In this document: positions 1-9,900 of the stretch, piece after piece
Numbering within the stretch: the stretch's first letter is position 1
How the letters are laid out: every line of letters begins with the position of its first letter
Assembly: GCA_045614025.1 (NCBI GenBank)
Contig: JAZLCE010000017.1
Location: forward strand, 3,875-67,874
DNA length: 64,000 nt
Reading direction: 5' to 3'
Origin: Alphaproteobacteria bacterium
GTDB lineage: Bacteria; Pseudomonadota; Alphaproteobacteria; CAAHEQ01; UBA3637
The notes under the pieces: generated by a model
Told to the model about the DNA's origin: nothing
Databases searched by the model: none
Seen by the model: the letters and a program-made list of their open reading frames with translations, nothing else
Program-made: the position numbers and the translations under genes

Positions 1-2719
1 TAATGGTATGTGAATCAACTTCTGTATCACGGCCAACAGATTCACCTTCACTCATTGTATATGCATAAGCAATACCCATACGTGTGTTATCGGATACATG
101 CCCATCAAAACCAACGGCGATACCTTTGTTATCCATATCAAAGCCTTTATGAGCATCATATTCTGATTTTCCGTATAATCCTTCAACCCATAAATGAGCT
201 TGTCTGCGAGGGAAGTGATAGAATCTTTTGCCACGATGTTTATAGGCAGTTCTTTCCATAGAAACAGACATGTGTTTAGAAACTGTTGCGGCTAAACGAC
301 GTGTGATTTCTGTGGAATGAGCTTGAATAAGTGGAGAAACATCTGGAGCAACACCATCTAAAGCATCTTGATATTCTTTAGAATCGCAACCTAAACGTTG
401 AGCCATTTCGTTTAACACATTTTGAACACGAATGGCTGTTTCGTTTCCAGTCATTTTTCCTTCTTCAACCCAAGCATTATGAATGCATCCTGCGTTAGGA
501 CAGATTTTGTCATTATCATCATCAGTATCTGGATCAGATGGGTCAGAATCTTCTGGATCTGAAGGATCAGATGGATCAGAATCTTCTGGGTCTGAAGGAT
601 CTGAAGGATCGGATGGATCAGATGGATCAGAATCTTCTGGATCTGAAGGTTCAGCGCCTGGTCGAGATAATTGATATTTTCCATCTCCTAAATAGGTGAT
701 ATCATACATTTTGTTTTCAGTAATGTTTTGAAAACCATTTGGAGCAGTTGCATTTAATTCATTAGAGGCATCCAAGATATGGAAAACTTTAGATTCACCT
801 TCATTTAAATGTTCACCTGGAGCAACAATGATGGTTATATCTGTATCATTTGGTGAAACATAAATGCTGTTTGCTTGGATGCGACCAAATTCATCGCCAG
901 AAGCAGCATTAACGTGTGTTAATAATTCAGATCCATCATATAAATTAATCACATCTCCATATAAAATTGTTTTACCAATATCAATGCGACTGTTTCTTGC
1001 ATTAATTGTTCCCGTTTTTCTTTTAGTTAAAGAATCGTGAACATTGATAAAACCTTTTGTTAAATCGCTGTCATAGTGCAATTGCAAATCGCTGTTATTG
1101 ATATTAATAATTCCATTGTTATAGATATCTTCACCATCAGCAAATAAGCGAACTTTTGCATTTGGAGCAGAAACATTTGTGTGTGGATTGTAATCTAAAT
1201 CAATTGTATCGCTGGCGTTGTTAATTGTGAATGTTCCAGTATTATAAATTGCACTTCCAACACCAGAAGCATTATTGTCATAAAATTTTGTTTTATAAGC
1301 ATTATTAAGTGTTACAACACCGCTATTGTAAATAGCGCCACCTTGATTGGCTGAGTTATTTGTAAATGTTACACCATCAAAAGTTGCGTTGGCTGTATTA
1401 TAAATTGCGCCTCCAACAGATGTTGCCGTATTTTGACTATATATATCATTTGTTGAAGTGAAAGAGGAGGTTGATTGCCCATTAGGCGTATCATTTGAAA
1501 CAGCACCACCGCCAGTTGCAGTGTTATTGCTATATGTTGAACCTTGAGATTTCATTGTTCCAACGTTATAAACAGCACCACCTGAATTTTTGGCAACATT
1601 GTTTTTAAATGTTGAATCTTTGATTTCGGCAGTTCCACGATATGTTCCAATTATATTGCCTTTTGCGTCTCTGCGAGTGATATAATCATTTGAAACAGCG
1701 CCACCAGAGCTTGTTACCCCGTTTGCACTGTTGTTGATAAATGTATCATTATTAATTTTTAAATTACCAACGTTTTCAATGGCGCCACCATTTTGATTGG
1801 AAACGCTATTTCCTTCAAAGGTGTTATTTTGAGTTGTTACCGTTGAATAATCGTGCACAAAAACGGCACCGCCAAGGTCATTGGCTTTGTTGTTATAAAA
1901 TTCATTGTTTGTTAAAGTTGCTGTTCCACCAATATCAATGGCGCCAGCGTGTTCATTTGCTGTGTTTTTAACAAATTGAGAATTATTAACAGTTAATTGA
2001 GCTTTATCAACATTGATGGCTGCCCCATTATCATTTGTTATGTTTTCAATGAATTTTGAATTAGAGACATTTGCAACTGGTGTTCCAGAAACTGAAACAG
2101 TTTGTTTATTGCCACTAGCATCTGTTATTTGCATTGTTGGGACTTTGCGAACGTGAATTACGCTGCCAACTTCGCTTGAATTACTTAAGTTTCCATTTGA
2201 AGAGCCAGAAAAAACAACGTTATCAACATCTAAATTTGAGTTAACAATATATACAGCAGGTGTTTCAGATGCTTGTTTTTGGTTGCTTGTTAAATAAGAT
2301 GTTAAATTTTTAACAGAACCATTTACATCTTGAGCTGTGGCGTTTTTAATATCGGTTCCAGTTTTAACTGAACCAATATTTTTAAGCGTTAATTTACCAC
2401 CTACATTTGATGTTTGAGTGTTATAAATACCAAGTGTGCCTTGAATATTTTCATTTGAAGAGTTTCCAGTAACTGTCCAGTTAACAGGTTTTTGAACAAC
2501 CCAAACAGTTTTTGCGGTGATATCATTAAGATTTGAACTCGCAATCACTTCATTACCGGAGATTTCTTTTGAAAAAGAATCGCCAGCAGTTGCGTTTGAG
2601 TTAATATTGTTAATTTGGTTGAAAATATTTTTATTAACTTCTGTTGCATTAGATATATTTGATAATGTTGACAAAAAAGCTAAATAAAATAAAAAAAACG
2701 TTGATATAAATTTTTTCAT
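1..2719 (-). CDS. Pmp-repeat autotransporter, partial (beta-barrel continues past the window start)
   Basis: Own minus-strand translation from ATG (comp. 2717-2719, GGAGG upstream) stays open to position 2. It reads MKKFISTFFLFYLAFLSTLSNISNA (signal peptide), then many GGAI/GGAV..N and FxxN motifs, an SDPEDSDPSDP linker, and LWVEGLYGKSEYD..GIAVGFDG (barrel onset). Missing from the ORF track because there is no in-window stop. Confidence 0.85.
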   Translation of the reverse strand, partial: MKKFISTFFLFYLAFLSTLSNISNATEVNKNIFNQINNINSNATAGDSFSKEISGNEVIASSNLNDITAKTVWVVQKPVNWTVTGNSSNENIQGTLGIYNTQTSNVGGKLTLKNIGSVKTGTDIKNATAQDVNGSVKNLTSYLTSNQKQASETPAVYIVNSNLDVDNVVFSGSSNGNLSNSSEVGSVIHVRKVPTMQITDASGNKQTVSVSGTPVANVSNSKFIENITNDNGAAINVDKAQLTVNNSQFVKNTANEHAGAIDIGGTATLTNNEFYNNKANDLGGAVFVHDYSTVTTQNNTFEGNSVSNQNGGAIENVGNLKINNDTFINNSANGVTSSGGAVSNDYITRRDAKGNIIGTYRGTAEIKDSTFKNNVAKNSGGAVYNVGTMKSQGSTYSNNTATGGGAVSNDTPNGQSTSSFTSTNDIYSQNTATSVGGAIYNTANATFDGVTFTNNSANQGGAIYNSGVVTLNNAYKTKFYDNNASGVGSAIYNTGTFTINNASDTIDLDYNPHTNVSAPNAKVRLFADGEDIYNNGIININNSDLQLHYDSDLTKGFINVHDSLTKRKTGTINARNSRIDIGKTILYGDVINLYDGSELLTHVNAASGDEFGRIQANSIYVSPNDTDITIIVAPGEHLNEGESKVFHILDASNELNATAPNGFQNITENKMYDITYLGDGKYQLSRPGAEPSDPEDSDPSDPSDPSDPSDPEDSDPSDPSDPEDSDPSDPDTDDDNDKICPNAGCIHNAWVEEGKMTGNETAIRVQNVLNEMAQRLGCDSKEYQDALDGVAPDVSPLIQAHSTEITRRLAATVSKHMSVSMERTAYKHRGKRFYHFPRRQAHLWVEGLYGKSEYDAHKGFDMDNKGIAVGFDGHVSDNTRMGIAYAYTMSEGESVGRDTEVDSHTI
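527..652 (-). repeat. In-frame tandem repeat encoding an acidic (SDP/EDSDP)n linker
   Basis: Direct repetition of ggatcagat/ggatctgaagg units. In the autotransporter frame it translates to PSDPEDSDPSDPSDPSDPSDPEDSDPSDPSDPEDSDPSDP. Confidence 0.8.
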
Positions 2720-2873
2720 AATACCTCCATTCAACGATAAGTGTTGAATATTATATCATAAAATCAAAATAAAGTCTATAGCTTTTTTATTCTTTGTTTA
2801 TACTTTTTTAAAATAAAGTAAAAAATAGACAGAAAATTAAATATACAACTATTAATTAAATGGGGTTTAGGGT

Positions 2874-3779
2874 TTAAAAAGAGCGAATGTTTTGAATTGG
2901 AGGATTCCATTTTTCAATAAAGTCTGTTAATTCTTTATTTTCTTTTTCAGGTAAAACAATGTTTAGTTTTATCATTAAATCGCCTTTATCTTTAACTCCT
3001 TTTCCCTTTAATCTCATTGTTTTATCGCCACCAGAATAAGGGGGGATCTTTAACATAACAGGACCATATGGGGTTGGAATATTTACTTTTGATCCAAGAA
3101 TGGCTTCTTTGAGTGAAAGAGGGAGAGTTAGAAAAATATTGTTTTGATCTCTTGTATATAAAGAGGAGGAGGTTACTTTTATTTTGATTAAGGCGTCTCC
3201 ATTTTTATTGTTGTATCCTGGGGCGCCTTGACCCTTTAATCTTAAAATGGCATCATCAGTAACGCCTGCAGGGATTTTTATTTTAATTTGTTTGCCTTTT
3301 TGCAACGTGACGGTTGTTTCTCCGCCTGTAATTGATAAGTCAAAAGGGATGTTTAAATTATAAGAAACATCTTGTCCTTTTTGATGTTGAGCTGTGTGAC
3401 CTGAGAAACCATTAAATCCACCGAATAAATCTGAAAAATCAAATCCGCCACGGCCACCACCAAACATGGATGCTAAATCTTCTGGATTAAAGCCTTGACC
3501 TGCGTTTTTAAATCCCCTAAAACCACTGTTGTCATATGAGCCATGTCCAAAAGGAGTTGGATTGCCGTTTTCATCAATTTCTCCATTGTCATATCGAGTG
3601 CGTTTATCTGGATCTGATAAAAGTTCATAAGCAGCAGTAATTGTTTTAAATTTTTCTGCAGCTTGTTTATCAGGATTAACATCTGGGTGATATGTTCTTG
3701 CCAGCTTATGATAAGCTTTTTTAATCTCGCTTGCAGAAGCTGTTTTTGAAATACCTAAAAGTTCATATGGATTGCTCAT
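2874..3779 (-). CDS. cbpA: DnaJ-class chaperone without Zn finger (CbpA-like)
   Basis: J domain (YELLGISKTASASEIKKAYHKLARTYHPDVN), G/F-rich region and C-terminal substrate domains, with no CxxCxGxG repeats. Start moved to the second ATG (GAGGA 5 nt upstream). Confidence 0.8.
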   Translation of the reverse strand: MSNPYELLGISKTASASEIKKAYHKLARTYHPDVNPDKQAAEKFKTITAAYELLSDPDKRTRYDNGEIDENGNPTPFGHGSYDNSGFRGFKNAGQGFNPEDLASMFGGGRGGFDFSDLFGGFNGFSGHTAQHQKGQDVSYNLNIPFDLSITGGETTVTLQKGKQIKIKIPAGVTDDAILRLKGQGAPGYNNKNGDALIKIKVTSSSLYTRDQNNIFLTLPLSLKEAILGSKVNIPTPYGPVMLKIPPYSGGDKTMRLKGKGVKDKGDLMIKLNIVLPEKENKELTDFIEKWNPPIQNIRSF

Positions 3780-3874
3780 TTTTTCCTCTAACATAAATAA
3801 TTATTACCATATATAGGGTGTATTATAAAAAAAATCTATGGAAAAAACAAAAAAAATATTATATTCTGTCAGTA

Positions 3875-4765
3875 ATGAAGAAAAAAACGAATTTAAATGG
3901 ATTATTAAAAACAGCATCTATTGCTTCGATTTTAACGGCAATTTTATTAATTGTTGTTAAAATTATTGCTTATCTTGTAACAGGATCTGTTTCAATTTTA
4001 TCTAGTTTATTTGATTCTATGCAAGATTTTATGACATCTGCTGTAAATTATGCGGCTGTGAAACATTCAACGCAACCTGCGGATAATGAACATCGGTTTG
4101 GTCATGGAAAGGCAGAAGGGATTGGATCTTTGGTTCAAGGTATTATTATTTTGGCTGCAGCGTTTTTCTTGCTAAAAGAATCTTTGGTGCGCTTTTTTGA
4201 AACTGAACCAATTAAAGAGATTTCTTTTGGTGTATGGATAACGGTTTTTTCTATTGTTGTTACAGTTATTTTGGTTCGCTTTCAATCATATGTAATTAAA
4301 AAAACAAATTCGTTATCAATTAAAGCAGATCAAGCTCATTATACTGGCGATATTTTAATGAATGTTGGTGTGATTGTTTCTATGGTTGCTGCTTATTATT
4401 TGGATCTTTATGTTATAGATGCACTTTTTGGTATTGGTGTTGCCGTTTATTTGTTTATTGTTGTTTTTGGTGTTGCAAAAGAAGCAATTTCTATGTTGAT
4501 GGATACTGAACTGGATAATTCGATTCGAGAATCTATTGAACAAGAAGCACTTTCTTATAAAGAAGTTCATTCTGTGCATGATTTAAAAACAAGAAAATCA
4601 GGAGATGTTATGTTCATTCAATTTTGTGTAAAAATGGATGATGATTTAACCCTTAAAAAGGCGCATGATATTGCTGATTTAATTGAAGAAGGGATTCAAA
4701 AAAAATATGCAGGAGCTCAAGTTTTCATTCATTTTGAGCCTGCATTAACAAAGGATGCAAAATGA
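3875..4765 (+). CDS. Cation diffusion facilitator family metal efflux transporter
   Basis: Six predicted TM segments and the CDF-like motif SLFDSMQDF..HRFGHGKAEG, followed by a cytoplasmic C-domain. Start taken at MKKKTNL. Confidence 0.75.
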   Translation: MKKKTNLNGLLKTASIASILTAILLIVVKIIAYLVTGSVSILSSLFDSMQDFMTSAVNYAAVKHSTQPADNEHRFGHGKAEGIGSLVQGIIILAAAFFLLKESLVRFFETEPIKEISFGVWITVFSIVVTVILVRFQSYVIKKTNSLSIKADQAHYTGDILMNVGVIVSMVAAYYLDLYVIDALFGIGVAVYLFIVVFGVAKEAISMLMDTELDNSIRESIEQEALSYKEVHSVHDLKTRKSGDVMFIQFCVKMDDDLTLKKAHDIADLIEEGIQKKYAGAQVFIHFEPALTKDAK

Positions 4766-6339
4766 TTGTTGATTCGCAAAAAGAAATAATTGAGGCTTTG
4801 AAAAATCCAAAACTTTATCCTGCAAAATGGAATGTAAAAGAAGTTTTGGTGGAGCAGTCACATATTGCGATTTTATTTTTAGCAGGAGATTATGTTTTTA
4901 AATTAAAAAGAGCCGTTTTGATGACGGATGTTGATTTATCAACACCGCAAAAAAGACGGTTATCTTGTGTTCAAGAAATGAAACGAAGCACTGTATATGC
5001 CCCAAACTTAGTTTTAGGGGTTCGTTCTGTTAGAAAACTTAAAAATGGGCGAATTTGCATTGGTGGTAAAGCAGGGGAAGAAGTTGATACCATTATTGTG
5101 ATGCATCGGTTTCAAAAAAATGAAATTTTAGGGAATATTTTGCCTGATGAATCATTTTCAAGGTTTGAAGCAATGGATTTGGCAGAACAATTATCTGAAC
5201 TTCATTCGAAAGCAAAAACATTTCGTTCAAAATGGGGATCTCAAACTGTTCAAAATATCATTTTAGATACAGAACGCGTTTTGGGTTGTTTTTGCCCATA
5301 TATTTTTGATCGAAAGAAATTGGATGCTTTGATGAAAAATATGCTTAAAAATGTGTTTATTCATTCAAGGTTGATTGATTTAAGAAGTAAAAGTGGGCAT
5401 GTGAAAAAATGTCATGGCGAACTATTGTTGAGCAACATTGCTAAAAAAGAAGGTAGATATTTGTTTTTTAGCCCCATTGAATATAATGATCGTTCCGAAT
5501 CGATTGATACACTTTATGATTTGGCATATCTTTTGATGGATTTTGAAATGAGGGGGATGCGAAAGTTAGCAAATATCTTATTTAATCATTATCTGGCATA
5601 CATGAATGATGTAGAGGGATATCCATTATTGCCATTATATCAATCTATGCGTGCTATGTCTCGATCAGCTGTTTGTGCTAAAAAAACATTAGTGCTTACT
5701 GGAGTTGAGAGAAAAGAAGCTGTTAAACGAGCAAGAAGATATTTTGATTATGCTTGTGAGTTTATGACAAATTATCCACCTGTTTTAATTGCATGTGGAG
5801 GCTTGTCTGGAAGTGGAAAATCAAGAGTTGCAAGAGAAATTGGTGGATTTTTTAATCCAGCTCCTGGTGCTGTGATTTTAAGAGATGATATCGTTAAAAA
5901 ACAAATTAATGGTTGCCCAATAGATCAGCATTTTGATAAAGCGTTTGATACACCTGTTATTGAAAAAGTTGTGTATGATGTGCTTCGTCAAGAAGCAAGA
6001 AAATCTCTTTTAAGTGGGTGTACAGTTATTGTTGATGCCTTGTTTTATGACGAAACTGAGCGAATAAAAATTGAAAATTTGGCAAAGGAATTAAATGTGC
6101 CCTTTGTTTCGTTATGGATGGATGCTCCTTTTGATGTGCGATTAGAAAGAGTTCAATCACGAAAAAGAAATCCCTCTGACGTTCGAACTGAAGAAGATCT
6201 TGAAAAACAATTAACTTTAGAAACGGGTAGGGTGACTTGGCCAAAGATAATAACGGATAAATCTCGGGAAGAAACACTTGCAACTGCACTTAACTTGTTG
6301 AAAAAACAATGTCCTAAATGTGTTTTAAACAATAAGTAA
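4762..6339 (+). CDS. Bifunctional phosphotransferase-like / P-loop kinase (AAA_33-like) protein
   Basis: N-terminal APH/kinase-like domain and C-terminal Walker A (ACGGLSGSGKSRVA). ATGA overlap with the upstream CDF gene. Confidence 0.6.
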   Translation: MIVDSQKEIIEALKNPKLYPAKWNVKEVLVEQSHIAILFLAGDYVFKLKRAVLMTDVDLSTPQKRRLSCVQEMKRSTVYAPNLVLGVRSVRKLKNGRICIGGKAGEEVDTIIVMHRFQKNEILGNILPDESFSRFEAMDLAEQLSELHSKAKTFRSKWGSQTVQNIILDTERVLGCFCPYIFDRKKLDALMKNMLKNVFIHSRLIDLRSKSGHVKKCHGELLLSNIAKKEGRYLFFSPIEYNDRSESIDTLYDLAYLLMDFEMRGMRKLANILFNHYLAYMNDVEGYPLLPLYQSMRAMSRSAVCAKKTLVLTGVERKEAVKRARRYFDYACEFMTNYPPVLIACGGLSGSGKSRVAREIGGFFNPAPGAVILRDDIVKKQINGCPIDQHFDKAFDTPVIEKVVYDVLRQEARKSLLSGCTVIVDALFYDETERIKIENLAKELNVPFVSLWMDAPFDVRLERVQSRKRNPSDVRTEEDLEKQLTLETGRVTWPKIITDKSREETLATALNLLKKQCPKCVLNNK

Positions 6340-6382
6340 ATCAATGCATTAGCAAAAAAAATAAAAAAAAGTAAAAAAAGTC

Positions 6383-6411
6383 TTGAAATTTATTTTTTTT
6401 TAGTGTATAAA
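6383..6411 (+). promoter_or_regulatory. Sigma70-like promoter for tRNA-Arg
   Basis: TTGAAA-N17-TATAAA, about 16 nt upstream of the tRNA 5' end. Confidence 0.5.
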
Positions 6412-6426
6412 TATAACCATTCCGAT

Positions 6427-6503
6427 GCACCCGTAGCTCAATTGGATAGAGCATCTGACTACGGATCAGAAGGTTGTAAGTTCGAATCCTGCCGGGTGCG
6501 CCA
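6427..6503 (+). tRNA. tRNA-Arg (anticodon ACG)
   Basis: Cloverleaf read by eye: acceptor GCACCCG/CGGGTGC, anticodon arm TCTGA-CTACGGA-TCAGA, T-loop TTCGAAT, encoded CCA. Confidence 0.9.
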
Positions 6504-6507
6504 TCTT

Positions 6508-6533
6508 AAAACTGCCGAAAGGCAGTTTTTTTT
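6508..6533 (+). terminator. Intrinsic terminator after tRNA-Arg
   Basis: CTGCC-GAAA-GGCAG followed by T8. Confidence 0.8.
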
Positions 6534-6820
6534 ATACTTATTTAAAAAATAAAAATCCAGTAGCGTAAAAAACACCATCACTAAACTCAAACTCTATTCT
6601 TTGCGATGGATTAAAATGTGAAAGATAATAAAAAAAATTAAAATAAAGTTGCATAAAAATGGTCACATTGGTCTGATAAATGCGGGATATAGGCAGATAG
6701 ATATGAGGTGATTCATAATACAAAGAACCTCATTTCAAGTTAATAAAAAATAAATCTAGTGGCGAAAAAATGCTTAAAAGGAAAATAAATCAAAAAAACA
6801 ACAAAGTTGTTCGATTCAAA

Positions 6821-6924
6821 AAGTATTTTAAGTGAACAGTTGGTAAGATGTGAGAGGCGACGTGTACATTGGCTGGCGTACACGAGACCTCTCATATCTG
6901 CCCCAGATGACTCTTAAAATACTT
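6821..6924. repeat. Long imperfect palindrome with a GC-rich core hairpin in an AT-rich spacer
   Basis: Outer arms are AAAGTATTTTAAG / CTTAAAATACTTT. The inner hairpin is GATGTGAGAGGCGACGTGTAC-loop-GTACACGAGACCTCTCATATC (11 bp + 3-nt internal loop + 7 bp). It starts 3 nt past the autotransporter stop. Confidence 0.6.
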
Positions 6925-6926
6925 TG

Positions 6927-9900
6927 CTAGAATCGAAGTTCTAATTTGATCATACCTGAGTGATCAACATATTCCTTCCTGAACGCCCCATTATATTCAA
7001 GTTTCAATGTTGTTCGATCATTAAGCTTGGTTTCAATGCCTGTTGAGATGCCAACACTCAAGCGATCAAGCGCTTCGCTGTTCACTGTGTAACTCGCACC
7101 ATTAGCAAGCGTGTTGAGCGCTGATACGTCATCGCTGATCACATCATACCCAACGTTAATGCCAACACTTGGTCGGATTTTACCCAAATCCCAAGCGGTT
7201 TTAATGCCCGCAATCGCCGTTAAGTAATCGCTTGTGGTGGCTTCAACCGTTGTTCCAAGCGTATCGGTATATCCTTCTTGTTTAACCGACAAGTAACGCA
7301 TACCAACTTCTGGCGTGATAATGGCATTTTGAAGTTTGATGTCATACCCCGTCATCACTTGAACGCCCCAAGAATCAACATCATAATTTGCTGTGCCTAC
7401 GTTTGAAAGAACTTGCTTTTCTTCATCATATTGACCGCGACTGAACGTTGCCAAGCCACTCATCCACCAAGCGTCTGGTTGATAATGCGCTGAGATAAAG
7501 CCTGTGTTTGTATCCACTTCTGTTCGGCGCAACTCTTCTTTTGCCGTTGTTTGACTGGTTGCATATCCAACTCCAAGTGTTAAAGCATCTGTTACTTTTG
7601 ATTGAACGCCCAAAACTCCACCTTGACTTCTGGCCTTAAAGCCATCTCCCATTGTGGACTTTGTTTTATCATAAAGCCCTTTAATATAAACTTTTGCTCT
7701 TGGTGTTTCTTCCCCACCCGAACGGCCAACTTTAGAGGATATATTATTTGAAGCCATTTGGGAAGAGATGATATGTAATTGGTTGAATAAGTTGGTGATT
7801 TGTGATTGATATATCGATCTATCTACGCCTTCTAATGCGTTCAAGGCTTTTTTTGCATTTAAAAAGACTCTCTTATCGTCAGATTGCAAAAGATTTAGAA
7901 GGTTTTCTTGAATATTAACAAAATCTTTATTTGTTGTATCATCAGATTTATTGAGCAAAGCTATTACAATATTAACTTCTGTGTTTAATAAGCCTAAATC
8001 TTCTTCTAAAAGTGCCGCTGCTTTTTTTGAAACAGAGTAAGAACCATCTTGCATATCAATGATATCTAATAGAGGATTTTCAATTAAAATCAATTCATTG
8101 TCTGAGTTAAATATTTTATAAACAGCGCCATTTTCTTTGATGCCATTTGTGAATTTAAGACTAAGTTTTGAATTTTCATCTCCTTCAATGTCGTCATATG
8201 ATAAAGTTCCATAATCTTCTAAACTGTTTAATGCAACTCTTAATGTTGAATCTTCGCCAAATTTAATCTTGTTAACAAAAACATTTTTATTGCTAATATC
8301 CAAAAGGGAACCATTTTGAATATCAAGATTATTAAAGTTAATTTTTTTTGCGTTCCCTGTTATATTCATATTATTTGAAACAACATTATTTGTGCCAGAT
8401 ATTTTATCCGATATATCTAAAGTTACGTTATTGAAAAAGAGATTCCCATTTCCAGTCAAGCTAGATAAAGAAATGTTTCCTTCGCCAATAATAGTTCCAG
8501 TATTAAGGATATTTTTATCAACTGTTATATTTTTAAGTGTTATATCAGCATTATTTGTTATTGCTGTATCTGCTGTTGTTTCTGAAATAATAACATTTTG
8601 AAGTGTGACGTGTCCTAATTGGTTATCTATAACCTTTTGGGCTCCTAAAATACTTAAATCTTTAATTGTAAGATTTGTATCTTCTTTATTTAATATAAAT
8701 AAATCATTTTCATTAGCATTAATTACGCTGTTTTTTGCATTGTTTGAAATTCCAAGAATTAATTTGTTGCCACTAGATAATGGTTCAAAAGTTTTCATTT
8801 TATCAATGGAATAAGTTGCAATAGTCCCATTTTTTGCCATTTTTAACGAGCTATTACCACCATAAGAAATCAAATACTCAAGAGGAGTTATATCATCTGA
8901 TAATTTATTGGCTTCAAAAATTAAATTTTTTCCTAATGTTGTTACCTTGTAGGTGTATGGTGATGTTGCTGTAAGTAAGTTTGTGCTTGTATTTTTAAAT
9001 GTTGCATTGCCATTTAAAATACTTGTTGTATAACTTATCTTGGGTGAAAAGCTTCCATTTTGATCTAATACTAAATTATCCACATAAGTGTTCAATAAAT
9101 CTGAATGCGATAGATTAAAATCAATTTCTGAAAACTCATAATTTGAGCCATTTAATGTTAGTTTGTCGGCTTTTAATGAGATTGATCCATCAGATTCCTT
9201 CATAAAATCGATATCAATTCCTAATTTTGCGCCATTTCCTTGTAAATTAGAAAATGAAATATTATCAATTTTTGAATTTTTTAAATCGATTATGTTACTA
9301 GAATCAATTTCATAAGCACCGGCATAGGTGTTTTGTTCTAATTTAATCAGGCTATCTTTAAATATAACTTTATTGATGCCATCGGTATTTGCAACATCAG
9401 TTTTGAGATTAAATGTGGCCCGTTCAATAGTATCACTTGTCAAAAGTTTGTTTTTTGCATCATAGGTGCCATATAAAATATTCCCATTGGTATCAAAACT
9501 CACATTTCCATCAGCATCAAATAAAGGGATTTTTATATCTGAAACAAAGGCAAGTTCTTTTTGTTTTTCATCTGGTGTATAAGCACCCAATAAAAGCGTT
9601 GATCCATCAAATGTTAAGTCGCTTGAAAATTCGAGTAATTGCTCAGTTGTATCTGTGGTTAAATACGAAAGTTGCGCACTTCCAGATACTGATACTTTAA
9701 GATTTTGTAAATTATCTCCATGAACGCGTAGTTCACCCCCAGTGATGGTATTGATTTTTGCAAAATTAAGTTTATCAACAGGAGCAATTGTCAGGCCATT
9801 ATTTTGGTTAAAATAGGAGGTGTTTGCATAAGAATTAATTGTTTTATCGCCAATTATAAGAACGCCACTCCCTGTTTTATTGATTGTTCCTCTGGATTGA

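Noticed and set aside
451-684. Track ORFs 451-684(-) and 483-674(+, GS-rich 'SGSEGSDGSESSGSEGS')
   Set aside because: Both are alternative-frame or antisense readings of the nucleotide tandem repeat. The coherent frame is the long minus-strand autotransporter frame (SDPEDSDP linker).
3780-3874. Track N-terminal extensions of cbpA (MLEEK) and the CDF gene (MYYKKNLWKKQKKYYILSV)
   Set aside because: The downstream ATGs fit better: cbpA's has an SD at the proper spacing, and the CDF's (MKKKTNL) begins a plausible N-terminus. The extensions would also overlap the shared divergent promoter region.
6538-6723. 61-aa minus-strand ORF in the AT-rich spacer
   Set aside because: Low-complexity AT-driven composition (Y/F/N/I-rich), no SD and no motif. 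The spacer is treated as non-coding or degraded sequence.
8392-8814. Short antisense or embedded ORFs inside long genes (also 9437-9700, 15803-16162, 17438-17944, 33740-34012, 35373-35672, 53187-54104, 58331-58600 etc.)
   Set aside because: They are fully nested in well-supported genes on the opposite strand or in another frame, which is typical of chance ORFs in AT-rich DNA.
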